Below, piece after piece: positions 10,920-21,476 of a stretch of 64,000 nt of DNA; the first letter of the stretch is position 1, and each line of letters begins with the position of its first letter. The position numbers and the translations under genes are program-made. The notes beneath the pieces were generated by a model. It worked only from the letters and a program-made list of their open reading frames with translations, was not told where the DNA came from and ran no database searches. The DNA comes from Acidobacteriota bacterium (GTDB lineage Bacteria > Acidobacteriota > Blastocatellia > UBA7656): assembly GCA_016201275.1 (NCBI GenBank), contig JACQDB010000043.1, forward strand, positions 339 to 64,338. The letters are read 5' to 3'.

Positions 10920-11411
10920 ATGAATGAAACCGATATGAACTATCTGCGTCTGGCGATGACAGTGGCGCGGCGGGCGAAAGCCAAAGGCAATCATCCGTTT
11001 GGTGCAGTGTTGACCGATCAAGACGGCAAGCTTTTATGGGAAGCGGAAAACACTGTCGAGACGGAGCGCGATTGCACAGGCCACGCCGAAACCAACCTGA
11101 TGCGTCTGGCGTCGCAACACTATGACGCCGAGTTTCTATCTGCCTGCACGCTCTACAGCAGCACAGAGCCTTGCGCGATGTGTGCAACGGCGATCATCTG
11201 GGGCGAGGTTGGGCGACTGGTTTATGCTTTGAGCGCCGAGCGCTTTTATACGAAGGTCTTGCCGCCCCATCAACCGTGGTCGTTTCGTCTGTCGTGCCGC
11301 GAAGTCTTTGCCCGATTAACGCGCCCGGTAGAAATCGTCGGGCCGATGCTTGAAGACGAAGGCGAAGAAGTTCACCAGGGCTTCTGGTCATCAGCACCTC
11401 TTCCAGAATAA
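10920..11411 (+). CDS. Nucleoside/guanine deaminase (CDA superfamily)
   Basis: PFGA, HAE and EPCAMC zinc motifs; GGAGAGG upstream of ATG 10920. Confidence 0.88.
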   Translation: MNETDMNYLRLAMTVARRAKAKGNHPFGAVLTDQDGKLLWEAENTVETERDCTGHAETNLMRLASQHYDAEFLSACTLYSSTEPCAMCATAIIWGEVGRLVYALSAERFYTKVLPPHQPWSFRLSCREVFARLTRPVEIVGPMLEDEGEEVHQGFWSSAPLPE

Positions 11412-11571
11412 AATGAAGGGCGTTGAGAAACTGTCTTTCTGCCTCCTGCCTTTGGACAAAAGCGTTTTTCAACGGTCGGCTTCGCACGGAATGTTGCGGC
11501 CTGACAGCCGCTTTCCGGCATCGCGGAGGGGGGATTTTTTCTTCCTCCAATTAGAAAATTACCGGGCAATT

Positions 11572-12024
11572 ATGGAACTGAAATTTGAAGAGAAGTATCA
11601 AGGCCAACTCCTCAGTTTGGAGTCAACGATTGTTGCCGTATATCGCAAAAACCAGCAACTGACGGATTACAGCGTGATGGAAGTTCTGGATGGTTTGATA
11701 CGGTTTTATCAGGCGGAAGCGCTCGGTCGTAACGCGCCAGCGCGAAGGCTTGAGCCGCTAGACCAACAGCTATTCGAGCAGGTCGGCGCGATTTGCGAAA
11801 TGCTGTTGGGCAAAGGCGAGTTGCGCGATGAAAAGGGCAAGGTCGTGAGCCTGGCTGACCTGAATCCGGCGCTGAAAACCGAGCTTGCCGGTAGGCTTAA
11901 CTCGACTACGCAGGAAGAACTTCTTGCCTGTCTCAAGCGCTTACGAAAATCGGTGACGCGCTGGAATAAAGCGAATGGCCGGCGCGGCTACCTGGATTTC
12001 GTGAGTAAATATTTTCTGCGGTGA
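11572..12024 (+). CDS. Hypothetical helical protein
   Basis: ATG 11572; C-terminal CLKRLRKSVTRWNK..GRRGYLDFV looks like a conserved motif. Confidence 0.6.
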   Translation: MELKFEEKYQGQLLSLESTIVAVYRKNQQLTDYSVMEVLDGLIRFYQAEALGRNAPARRLEPLDQQLFEQVGAICEMLLGKGELRDEKGKVVSLADLNPALKTELAGRLNSTTQEELLACLKRLRKSVTRWNKANGRRGYLDFVSKYFLR

Positions 12025-12069
12025 TGCCGGTCTCAAGGTCACGAAATCCAGTCCTTGGCATTCACCTCA

Positions 12070-15000
12070 TCAATCGGCGAAGGCTTCTTCGACTAAGCGG
12101 TGCTGTTCCATTTGATGAATGGCGTGTGAGCCAGTGGCAGTGCTGGCACTGGCGTTGCGGCCTATGTAGCGCAAGCTCTGGTCGGCACTGAGGAATTCGC
12201 GCAGACGCGGCGCGATGAAAAACCACGCGCCTTGATTCTTAGGCTCTTCCTGCACCCAGCGAATATCGGTAGCCGCTTGGTACTTCTGCAACTCGTCGGT
12301 GATGAGGTTTGTGGCAAACGGATAAATTTGCTCCAGGCGCAAAATCGCCGTCTGCTCATTAACGAGTTTTTTGCGTTGCGCTGCCAGATCGTAATAGACC
12401 TTGCCGCTGCACAACAACACGCGCTTGACCTGTGAAGCCTGCGCCGAGCTATCGCTCAACACCGGCTGAAATCCGCCGCTGGTAAATTCCTCAACCGGCG
12501 AAGAGACTTCGGGCAATCGCAATAAACTTTTGGGCGTGATGACCACCAGCGGCTTCGGCGTTTGTTTCACCTGCCGCCGCAAGAGGTGAAAATACTGCGC
12601 CGCTGTCGTGCAATTGACGACCTGCATATTGTCACCGGCACATAGTTGCAGATAGCGCTCAAGGCGTGCGCTGGAATGCTCCGGCCCCTGGCCTTCGTAA
12701 CCGTGCGGCAACAACAGCACGAGGCGCGATTTCTGATTCCACTTCTCTTCGGCAGAGGCGATGAACTGGTCAATGATGACTTGCGCGGCATTGGCGAAAT
12801 CGCCAAACTGCGCTTCCCATAACACCAGATCATCGGGCGCGGCCAGCGTGTAGCCGTAATCAAAGCCCAACACACCGGCTTCAGAAAGCGGGCTGTCGAA
12901 AATATGAAAGCGGGTGTTGTCGGTGGCCAGCAACGACAGCGGTGCCCACTCCTGGCCGGTCTTGGTATCGGTGAATCCGGCGTGGCGTTGACTGAACGTG
13001 CCGCGCACCGAATCCTGTCCGCTTAAACGCACGCTCGTCCCTTCGACCAACAGCGAGCCGAACGCCAACGCTTCGGCCATGCTCCAATCCACCGCGCCGC
13101 CTGCTTCAATCATCTTCGCACGCTTGGTCAACAAGCCTACGACTTTCGGATTCAGATTAAATTCACGCGGCACTTGAGTAATGGTGTGGGCGATGGTTTG
13201 CAAGACCGGCTGTGCGATGCCGGTTTTGACGACCTCTATAGTTTGGGCTTCGGGTTTGGGCGCGGGAATGGCAAGCTCTTTGCCTTGCTGCGCGACGACG
13301 GCCTTAGCGCCAAGCTGGGCGTTTTCATAACGGCGATTGCGTTCGTCCATCAACGAAGCAATTTTCTCGGCACTCATCACGCCCTCTTTGATTAACTTGC
13401 GCGCATACAATTGGCGCACTCCGGGATGCGCTTTGATGCGTTGGTACATAATCGGCTGGGTATAGGTTGGCTCGTCGCCTTCGTTATGCCCGTGTTTGCG
13501 AAAACCGATCACGTCAATCACTACGTCTTTGCGAAACTCCTGGCGGTAATCCAGCGCCAACTGCAAGATGTTGTAAGCCGCTTCGGGGTCGTCGCTGTTG
13601 ACGTGGAAAATCGGCACTTGAATCATCTTGGCAATGTCTGTGCTGTAAGTTGACGAGCGGCCTTCTTCGGGCGGCGTGGTAAAACCCAGTTGATTGTTGG
13701 CGATGAGGTGAATCGTGCCTGCGGTTTTATAGCCCGGCAGTTGCGACATATTCAAGGTCTCCGGCACTACGCCTTCACCGGCAAAGGCCGCATCGCCGTG
13801 AATCAACACCGCAAGTTTGGTGAGCGGGTCTTCGTGGTTTGCCAAATCTTGTTTGGCGCGCACGATGCCTTCTACTACAGGGTCAACGAATTCGAGGTGG
13901 CTCGGATTGGAGGCAACGGCGAGCGCCACTTGATGACCGTCGGCGGTTTCGCGTATGCCGCTGGCACCTTGATGATATTTCACGTCGCCATAATCGTGCG
14001 GAAATTTCGGATGAATCGAGCCTTCAAAAATCGTGAAGATGCGCTCGCAGAATTTGCCTATGACATTGGCGATCACATTCAATCTGCCGCGATGCGACAT
14101 CCCTATGGTTACGTCGTTGACGCCGCGTCGCGCCGCGCTGTCAATCAATTGGTCCAGCACGGCGATGACGGTTTCATTGCCTTCTATGGAAAAGCGTTTT
14201 TGCCCAAGATATTTTGTGCCTAAGAAACGCTCGAACAACTCCGCTGAAATCAGCTTCCATAAAATCTGTTCCTGGGTCGCGGTGGGAACCAATGGGTAGG
14301 CTCGTTCGATGCGCGAACGAATCCACTCTTTCTCTTCGGGGCCGTTGATGTTGCGGTATTCGCTGCCGACTTTGCCGCAATAATACTGGCGCAGCATTTC
14401 GACAATCTCGCGCAAGGTCGCAGTCTCTTTGCCGCCCAGCCCATCGGCGAAAAATCTTCGGTCTAAATCCCAAATCGTCAAGCCGTAAGTTTCGATGTCG
14501 AGTTCTTTGTGATAACGCACTTCCTTCCAGCCCAAAGGGTCTATGTCTGCGAGCAAGTGACCGCGCACACGATAAGCGTTGATGAGTTGCAAGACTCGCG
14601 ATTGTTTGCGCGCCTCCTGCAACTCTTCGCCGATGATGGCCGGGTTTATATCAATCGCCCAGCCATAAGGGCGGAAGGGAATGCCTAAATCATGAAACAG
14701 TTCTTCGTAAAATCCATGTTTGCCGCGCAGCATTTCATCGAGCCGGGCAAGCAACGCGCCGGACTCTGCGCCTTGAATGATGCGGTGGTCATAGGTGCTG
14801 GTGATGGTCATGATTTTGCTGATGCCGAGGCGCGACAAAGAGTCTGGCGACATGGCCTGACATTGCGGCGGATAATCAATCGAGCCGGTGGCGAGGATGA
14901 CGCCTTGTCCGGCCATCAAACGCGGATTCGAGGCGGTGGTGCCGAGAGTGCCGGGATTCGTAAGGCTGACGGTGGTGCCTTGAAAATCGGCGACCTGGAG

Positions 15001-15981
15001 TTTGCCATCGCGTGCGCGTTTCACGATGTCATCATAAGCATCAAGCAACTGCACGAAGTTCAGGCGATTGGCGCTCTTGATATTGGGAACCAGCAAAGTG
15101 CGTGAGCCATCTTTTTTGGTTACGTCAACGGCAACGCCTAGATTGACGCTCGCACGACGCAGCCGATAGGCCGACTCGCCTTCTTCTTCGTAAGCGTCGT
15201 TGAGTTGCGGAAAGCGCTCAAGGGCTTTGCTGATGGCGTGGGCGATGATGTGGGTAAACGAGACTTTGCGATTGCTGGCTTTCAAATAGTGATTGATGAG
15301 GCGGCGATTTTCGTCGAGCAACTTCACGGGGATTTCGCGTTGCGAAGTCGCCGTGGGGACTTGCAGACTGCTCTCCATGTTTTCGGCTATGCGAAGCGCT
15401 GGGCCGCGAATCGGCAGACGCTCGCTGAGTTCGGCGGCGGCGCTTGCGGGTGCGACTTGCGCCGTCGTTGTGGGCGCGGCAACTGATGTGGCTGGTGCGG
15501 CGGTTGGCGGCGCAAGGGTCGCCGTAGTTGGGGACACATTTTGTGCAGGTGCGCTTGCCGTTGGCGCAGCAGGTGCGCTTGCCGTTGGTGCGGCAGGTGC
15601 GGCATTGATTTGCGGCGCGCTTGTTGATGAAGGCGCGGTCGCCTCAGCAGAATTTTTTAGCGCGGTCGCCTCAGCCGTAGTTTGTGGTTTCGAGGCATCG
15701 CCGCTTGTCTTTGGCGAGGCGGCTTCGGCATTGCCCCATTCTCGGATCGGCTCAGTTTGCACAGAGCCATTTGACGGTGCAGGTTGGCTTGCGGCAGCGG
15801 TAGTCGGCTTTGGCCGCTGGTCATTGCCCGCTAGGTCGTGAAAATAGCCTTGCCACTCTTGGCCTATCGAAGCGGGATTTTGGATGAATTGCTGAAACAG
15901 GCTGATGACATAATCGGCATTGACGCCGAATTCATCGGCGATCAATTGTTCAATATCGGTTTGCGTACTCGGTTTGCTCAT
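12070..15981 (-). CDS. sucA: Multifunctional 2-oxoglutarate dehydrogenase E1 with fused acyltransferase domain (Kgd/OdhA type)
   Basis: Acyltransferase motif TYDHRIIQG, KRFSIEG, HGDAAFAGEG ThDP motif, WEAQFGDF, GQGPEHSSAR; Ala/Pro linker. Confidence 0.95.
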   Translation of the reverse strand: MSKPSTQTDIEQLIADEFGVNADYVISLFQQFIQNPASIGQEWQGYFHDLAGNDQRPKPTTAAASQPAPSNGSVQTEPIREWGNAEAASPKTSGDASKPQTTAEATALKNSAEATAPSSTSAPQINAAPAAPTASAPAAPTASAPAQNVSPTTATLAPPTAAPATSVAAPTTTAQVAPASAAAELSERLPIRGPALRIAENMESSLQVPTATSQREIPVKLLDENRRLINHYLKASNRKVSFTHIIAHAISKALERFPQLNDAYEEEGESAYRLRRASVNLGVAVDVTKKDGSRTLLVPNIKSANRLNFVQLLDAYDDIVKRARDGKLQVADFQGTTVSLTNPGTLGTTASNPRLMAGQGVILATGSIDYPPQCQAMSPDSLSRLGISKIMTITSTYDHRIIQGAESGALLARLDEMLRGKHGFYEELFHDLGIPFRPYGWAIDINPAIIGEELQEARKQSRVLQLINAYRVRGHLLADIDPLGWKEVRYHKELDIETYGLTIWDLDRRFFADGLGGKETATLREIVEMLRQYYCGKVGSEYRNINGPEEKEWIRSRIERAYPLVPTATQEQILWKLISAELFERFLGTKYLGQKRFSIEGNETVIAVLDQLIDSAARRGVNDVTIGMSHRGRLNVIANVIGKFCERIFTIFEGSIHPKFPHDYGDVKYHQGASGIRETADGHQVALAVASNPSHLEFVDPVVEGIVRAKQDLANHEDPLTKLAVLIHGDAAFAGEGVVPETLNMSQLPGYKTAGTIHLIANNQLGFTTPPEEGRSSTYSTDIAKMIQVPIFHVNSDDPEAAYNILQLALDYRQEFRKDVVIDVIGFRKHGHNEGDEPTYTQPIMYQRIKAHPGVRQLYARKLIKEGVMSAEKIASLMDERNRRYENAQLGAKAVVAQQGKELAIPAPKPEAQTIEVVKTGIAQPVLQTIAHTITQVPREFNLNPKVVGLLTKRAKMIEAGGAVDWSMAEALAFGSLLVEGTSVRLSGQDSVRGTFSQRHAGFTDTKTGQEWAPLSLLATDNTRFHIFDSPLSEAGVLGFDYGYTLAAPDDLVLWEAQFGDFANAAQVIIDQFIASAEEKWNQKSRLVLLLPHGYEGQGPEHSSARLERYLQLCAGDNMQVVNCTTAAQYFHLLRRQVKQTPKPLVVITPKSLLRLPEVSSPVEEFTSGGFQPVLSDSSAQASQVKRVLLCSGKVYYDLAAQRKKLVNEQTAILRLEQIYPFATNLITDELQKYQAATDIRWVQEEPKNQGAWFFIAPRLREFLSADQSLRYIGRNASASTATGSHAIHQMEQHRLVEEAFAD

Positions 15982-16281
15982 GATTTGAAATCGTCCTCTA
16001 AAAATAAAGGTAAAGTGTAATGCGGCGCGCTTGGCTTCTCAACTCGCGGCGTAGAAATTCACGGCCTTCAGGATCCGGCACCGGTGTTTTGAGCGGCGCT
16101 GCGGCAACCTTTTTTGCCGCAACGGCTTGAAGTCGGAGAGCCATAGCGGTTGCAGACCCTGCGCCCAGCGCGGCGCTCAAGTTGCCTTGCTGGTCAGCCA
16201 TAGCGGTTGCAGACCAGAAGGGAAAGCAAATTGCTTGCAAACTTGAAATCTACCCGGCAAACAGTATAGGCTTGGGCGCTT

Positions 16282-16701
16282 ATGGAAATAACTGAAGTTC
16301 TGAAATCAGCAAACGCGGCCTTCTATCGCGCCATTGATTCTGGCTCGCTAGATCGCATGGAAGAGTTGTGGGCGCACGAAGAGTTTGTGCAATGTGTGCA
16401 TCCGGGTTGGAGTTTGGTAAGCGGCTGGGCGAGGGTGCGGCAAAGCTGGGAGCAAATCTTTGCCGGTGGACAGAAGATGCGAATTTCGGCCACCGATGTA
16501 GCGGTCAATTATGTAGGCGAGTTGGCTTGGGTGACTTGCACGGAAAACATCACGATTTTCGAGGACACCAACTTCGATACAGTGCAAGCTGTCGCCACCA
16601 ATTTCTTCATGCAGCGCGGCGAAAAATGGCTTCTGGTGCATCATCACGCCTCGCCGATTCCGATGCTGGTGCCGGATGCCGAATCCAACATCATCCAGTG
16701 A
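16282..16701 (+). CDS. SnoaL/NTF2-like protein
   Basis: ANAAFYRA, CVHPGW, ATN.F, WLLVHHHAS. Confidence 0.85.
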   Translation: MEITEVLKSANAAFYRAIDSGSLDRMEELWAHEEFVQCVHPGWSLVSGWARVRQSWEQIFAGGQKMRISATDVAVNYVGELAWVTCTENITIFEDTNFDTVQAVATNFFMQRGEKWLLVHHHASPIPMLVPDAESNIIQ

Positions 16702-16833
16702 ATTCATAATTTTGGAATTAAATCCAGAATTTCATATCTTCTTGACCATTTTTACCTAATCGCAACCTCTATCACATTTTTTAACATCAATACTGTCTTG
16801 TGTTTAAAAGCTGTTGAGGGGGTATCTGGCGGC

Positions 16834-16849
16834 TGGCATTTTGTTTGCT
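16834..16849 (+). promoter_or_regulatory. Sigma54-type -24/-12 promoter upstream of the TonB-dependent receptor
   Basis: TGGCAT-tttgt-TTGCT, with GG and GC exactly 12 nt apart, in an AT-rich intergenic region. Confidence 0.6.
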
Positions 16850-17142
16850 TTTAATTCGCTCTACTTCAACATTCCAAGTTTAGCCAAGAAAATATGCTTA
16901 CTATCTTTGAATTGGATTATCCAGTGCTGAAATAACCTTGTGAGTGTCTTTTTTCGGGAAACCGTTTCCCTGGCTGGAAAAATGTGGCTTGGAATGAGGG
17001 AATCCCCGCTGTTTGTACGACTTCAAGCGACCCACACGGCTGATGGTTCATTTGCTAGTTGCCGTGGGGTTGCATCGCAACTTGTAAGCCCACCTGTGGT
17101 TTCGGGCTTACATCAAGAATTCATTATTTCAGGAGGAACCAA

Positions 17143-20100
17143 ATGATTAGAATAACCAATAAGCGGCTTCGCTTTGTGAGCAGCTTGGTCATGCTTCTGG
17201 CGCTGGTGTTTGGCCCAGGCTCGGCGTTTTCTGCGCTGGCCGCTTTACAGGAAAACACCGGAAGCATACAAGGCACCGTTAAAGATCAAAGTGGCGCAGT
17301 CATCCCGGATGCCAAAGTTACCATAAGTGGCACTAACTTGATCCGCCCGATTGACACCAAGGCCGATAGCAAAGGCTTTTATGTGTTTCCCAAGTTGCCG
17401 GTCGGCACCTATACGGTGACGGCATCGCAGGTCAACTTCAAGACCGTGAAACAAGAAGGTATCATGCTTGAACTTGGTAAACAGCTTACTATAGATATGG
17501 ACTTGCCTGCTGGCAATGTTTCCGAATCGGTCACAGTTACCGCCAGTTCGGAAACCATTGACGTAACCTCAAGCAAGACCGCCACCAACATCGGTGAATC
17601 GTTCATTGATAAAACTCCCAAAGGGCGCACCTTCAACACCATTTTACAAGTTGCTCCCGGCGTGCGTTTCGAACCGAAACTCGGCGTTGTCGCGGGCGGT
17701 CCCGGCAGCGGCGATGTGACCGGCACAGGAACCAGCCGTCCGGGCGGCGGCGTTGGCGGGTTTTCCGTTGACGGTGCCAGCGGTTCGGAAAACTCTTTCG
17801 TCATTGATGGCGTTGATGTATCCAATGTCCGCAATGCCGCCTTGGGTCGTGAGAGCGCTCTGCCTTTCGAGTTTATCCGTGAAGTGCAGGTCAAGACCGG
17901 CGGCTTCGAGGCCGAATACGGCGGCGCGACCGGCGGCGTGATCAACGTCGTCACCAAAAGCGGCAGCAACGATTTCCACGGCGAAGGGGCCTTAATGTTT
18001 ACGGGCGCAGGTCTCAATGCTTCGCCGCGCGGTTTCTGGAGGCTCAATCCGCAGAATCTTACCCAAGCTGAATTTTTCCGCCAGAAAGAAGATGAGTATC
18101 GTTCGTTGTTCCCAGGCTATGCGATTGGTGGCCCACTCATCAAGGACCGTTTGCATTTCTTCTCCAGCTATTTCCCCGAATTGAGTCGCACTGAGCGTTC
18201 CATTGCCTTTGCCAGCGGCGCACGCACCACTACTAATCGTGTGCTTCGCCATTTTTCGTTACAAAGACTTGATTATGCGCCGACCCAGAACATCCAGATC
18301 AATACTTCCTATATCTGGACACCAATTCGCAACCAGGGCGTGTTGACCGGCGTTGATCCGAAGGTCGCACCGCCAAGCGGCGATTTGTCCAAACTGGGCG
18401 GGTACACCCCGGCCAGCGCTTACACGGCGTCCTTCAATTACACCGTAACTCCTAAGCTGATTCTCAGCGCACGCTACGGTTATAAATACCTCAACGAAAA
18501 AGGCAACACTTATGGACTGCCAACTGGAACGCTGTTGCTTTATCAGCGTGCAACTTCTGGCTCCAGTTATGTCGGACCAGCGGTTCCGGCCAGTGTAGCC
18601 GGACCGGCGGGATTGCAGAACATCTCGAACCCGTTCAATGTCATCAAGGACATCACCACCCGTCACAATGTCTATCTTGACGCTTCGTACATTACGCGTA
18701 TCTTCGGACAACAGCACACCTTCAAAGGCGGCTATGCGCTCAATCGCATTGCCAATGATGTCTCCGATGATTACCCGAATGGACGTTTCGACATTTACTG
18801 GGGGGAAGCGGTTAGACGTGGCTCCATTGATACAGATGCAAAAGGTAGAGGCACCTATGGATATTACATCTGGGTAGATGGTATCAAACACAACTCCAGC
18901 GTCAACAGTCGCAACCAAGGTTTCTACTTTCAAGATCAGTGGCAGATTCATCCGCGCGTTACGATCAACGCGGGGTTGCGTGTCGAAAACGAATTCCTGC
19001 CACCTTTTACTTCCGAAGTGAATGGGGCAAAAGTTCCCAATCCGATCAGCTTTGGCTGGGGCGACAAGATTGCTCCACGTATTGGCGGCGCGTGGGATAT
19101 TCGCGGCGACGGACGTTGGAAGTTCAGCGCCAGCTATGGTCAATTCTACGACACCTTGAAATATGAACTGGCGCGTACCTCGTTCGGTGGTGACTATTGG
19201 CACGACCGCTATTACAAACTTGACAGCACCGACTTGAGTTCCTTGTCGAAAGCCACACCAGGGGCGCTTGGCGCGCTGATTATTGATGTGGATAACCGCA
19301 CCATTCCTATCAACGCGCAAGGCCAGTTAGATGGTATTGATCCGGCCATCAAACCAATGTCGTCACGCGAATGGGCGTTCACGCTCGAACATCAACTCAA
19401 TTCCAACAACATCACTTCGGTGCGTTATACGCACAAGCGCTTGGTTCGCGGAATTGAAGACATCGGCACCTTGGATGCTCAGGAAAATGAAGTGTACGTC
19501 ATTGGCAATCCCGGCTTCGGTCAGACCAGCGATAGTGTCAAAGCGCCAAATGGCAGAGCTTCGATTACTCCGAAAGCCAGACGTGAATATGACGGCGTTG
19601 AAGTTCGTTTCGACGGGCGGCGTAACGAAGGCGTTCTCAGAGGACTTTCCTATACCGCTTCTTACACCTGGAGCCGACTCTATGGCAACTGGTCTGGACT
19701 AGCGAACTCGGATGAAAACGGGCGCTCACAGCCGAACGTCAGCCGCGCCTTCGATTTATTCTACAACAACTCGGATTCGAAGGGTAACAATGTGTTCGGA
19801 CGTCTGGCAACAGATCGCCCACACGCCTTCAAGTTCTTCGGGAATTATGACATTCACTGGGGCAAGAGCGGCGTAACCAGCCTCTCCCTGTCACAGATTG
19901 CCTACAGCGGCACACCGCTAAGTTCTGAAGTCACGATTATCGTGCCGGTTTTTTACAACGGTCGTGGTGATTTGGGACGCACTCCTGCGTTGACTCAAAC
20001 GGACATCTTGGTTGCTCACACCTACTCGGTGACCGAGCGCGTGAAGTTCAAGGTTGACGCCAATGTCACGAATTTGTTCAATCAGGCAGCGGTGACCAAT

Positions 20101-20295
20101 GTCAACACACGCTTGAATCGCAATGGCAGCATCACTTCAGTTGCGACGCCGGAGAAGTTCTTTGCTGGATTTGATGCGCCTTCGCTGATCAATCCAGTCA
20201 ACGGTGCTTCACCGGCTAGAAGCGCGATTTACAATCTGCCTTCAGCCTATCAGATCGGTCGGGAAATCCGCTTGGGCTTCCATGTAACCTTCTAA
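17143..20295 (+). CDS. Oar-like TonB-dependent receptor with carboxypeptidase-regulatory-like N-domain
   Basis: AGGAGG before ATG 17143; signal peptide; GTVKDQSGAVIPDA; AEYGGATGGVINVVTKSGSN; C-terminal aromatic F. Confidence 0.92.
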   Translation: MIRITNKRLRFVSSLVMLLALVFGPGSAFSALAALQENTGSIQGTVKDQSGAVIPDAKVTISGTNLIRPIDTKADSKGFYVFPKLPVGTYTVTASQVNFKTVKQEGIMLELGKQLTIDMDLPAGNVSESVTVTASSETIDVTSSKTATNIGESFIDKTPKGRTFNTILQVAPGVRFEPKLGVVAGGPGSGDVTGTGTSRPGGGVGGFSVDGASGSENSFVIDGVDVSNVRNAALGRESALPFEFIREVQVKTGGFEAEYGGATGGVINVVTKSGSNDFHGEGALMFTGAGLNASPRGFWRLNPQNLTQAEFFRQKEDEYRSLFPGYAIGGPLIKDRLHFFSSYFPELSRTERSIAFASGARTTTNRVLRHFSLQRLDYAPTQNIQINTSYIWTPIRNQGVLTGVDPKVAPPSGDLSKLGGYTPASAYTASFNYTVTPKLILSARYGYKYLNEKGNTYGLPTGTLLLYQRATSGSSYVGPAVPASVAGPAGLQNISNPFNVIKDITTRHNVYLDASYITRIFGQQHTFKGGYALNRIANDVSDDYPNGRFDIYWGEAVRRGSIDTDAKGRGTYGYYIWVDGIKHNSSVNSRNQGFYFQDQWQIHPRVTINAGLRVENEFLPPFTSEVNGAKVPNPISFGWGDKIAPRIGGAWDIRGDGRWKFSASYGQFYDTLKYELARTSFGGDYWHDRYYKLDSTDLSSLSKATPGALGALIIDVDNRTIPINAQGQLDGIDPAIKPMSSREWAFTLEHQLNSNNITSVRYTHKRLVRGIEDIGTLDAQENEVYVIGNPGFGQTSDSVKAPNGRASITPKARREYDGVEVRFDGRRNEGVLRGLSYTASYTWSRLYGNWSGLANSDENGRSQPNVSRAFDLFYNNSDSKGNNVFGRLATDRPHAFKFFGNYDIHWGKSGVTSLSLSQIAYSGTPLSSEVTIIVPVFYNGRGDLGRTPALTQTDILVAHTYSVTERVKFKVDANVTNLFNQAAVTNVNTRLNRNGSITSVATPEKFFAGFDAPSLINPVNGASPARSAIYNLPSAYQIGREIRLGFHVTF

Positions 20296-20329
20296 ACGCA
20301 TTTCTCACAAGAGAAGTCTGCGCCTAACC

Positions 20330-20373
20330 AAGTGAGCGGTTCATCTTTGCAAAGATGAACCGCTCACTTTTTT
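20330..20373 (+). terminator. Intrinsic terminator (perfect 40-bp palindrome plus T-tract)
   Basis: aagtgagcggttcatctttg|caaagatgaaccgctcactt followed by tttt. Confidence 0.88.
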
Positions 20374-20504
20374 AACGCCATCAATAGAAGCGCTTGACTT
20401 CGTTAAGCGCTTGAAGTTCCGCGTTCACTTTTGCCGTGGCGTTCGCCGCCTGCCAAAGGCAAGTTAGCGGTGGGAGTGATCAAGTTCTCAATCAAGCGTT
20501 GGAA

Positions 20505-21476
20505 TCATTGCTTCGCTCTTTCTTTGGCTCTCATTTTATCAAGCATCTCTTCAATCTGCGGACGATTCTTGATGTCCTTGGCCTCTTTCAAAAATAGTTC
20601 CAATTCGCGCACGGCAGCGGAAAAATTTTCCTGCTTGTTATAAATCGCCGCCAGATAAAGATGCACTTCGGCGGCGCGCTCACGCCCCAACTCGTAAGCC
20701 TTCTTGAACGCCACCTCCGCCTCCGCTGCGCGGTTGTTGCCATAAGCCAGACCAAGCGTGGTAAAAACATGGAAATTGGCCGGGTCTTTATCGGCAGCTG
20801 TCTTGAGCGCTTCAATCGCTTCCGGCTGCTTTTTGAGTTTCAAATGCGCGACACCCAGCGCGTACCAACATCTGGGCGCATTGTGATTCACGTCCAAGGC
20901 GCGGGTAAGCAGCGGCAGGGCTTTGTCATAGTCGCCTCTCTTTACATATTCCAGACCGAGGGCTTCAAGAGCGGAAAAATACTCCGGGAACCACTCTACG
21001 GCCTTCTCAAAGGCAGCGATGGCCTGCGCCACATCGTTCTCTTGTAAGCTCTTTGCGCCGCGCTCATATTCGAGGCGCGCCACTTCGGGGATGGTTTGCG
21101 AAAACACGGTTCCGGTAATCGTATCGCGATTCACCGTCTTCTTAAAGCGCAGTGTGAAATCATAAATAAACTCTTCGCCACCGCCGCGAAGGCTGCCCGA
21201 TTGTACTTCTATGCGGCTGGACAGGGCTTCTTCATAAGGAGTGCCGACCACATCTACTTTGACATAATAGATAGCAGAGCGCAGTTCCTTGAATTGATAG
21301 CGCCCGGAGACGCTGAAGATGGTGCGGATGCTTTGATAATTTTCGTCCAGCAGCGAAACTCTGATGGCATCCACGGGTCTGCCAGTAGTGTCGTGGATAA
21401 CGCCGCTCAGTGAAAATGGAGATTGCACTGCTGATAGCTGAAAAAAGAGACTGCATAGTACAAGCAGAATGGTCAT
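20505..21476 (-). CDS. Secreted carboxypeptidase-regulatory-like domain plus TPR protein
   Basis: Signal peptide, LSGVIHDTTGRP beta-sandwich start, several TPR-like helices; AGGAGAG upstream. Confidence 0.8.
   Translation of the reverse strand: MTILLVLCSLFFQLSAVQSPFSLSGVIHDTTGRPVDAIRVSLLDENYQSIRTIFSVSGRYQFKELRSAIYYVKVDVVGTPYEEALSSRIEVQSGSLRGGGEEFIYDFTLRFKKTVNRDTITGTVFSQTIPEVARLEYERGAKSLQENDVAQAIAAFEKAVEWFPEYFSALEALGLEYVKRGDYDKALPLLTRALDVNHNAPRCWYALGVAHLKLKKQPEAIEALKTAADKDPANFHVFTTLGLAYGNNRAAEAEVAFKKAYELGRERAAEVHLYLAAIYNKQENFSAAVRELELFLKEAKDIKNRPQIEEMLDKMRAKERAKQ

Noticed and set aside
11418-11477. Tiny IS-end-like inverted repeat (gggcgttgagaaac / gtttttcaacggtc)
   Set aside because: Only 11/14 match and a single copy in the window; insufficient to call a MITE.
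16139-16215. CRISPR mini-array
   Set aside because: Only two 20-bp units, no cas genes and no leader; kept only as a direct repeat.
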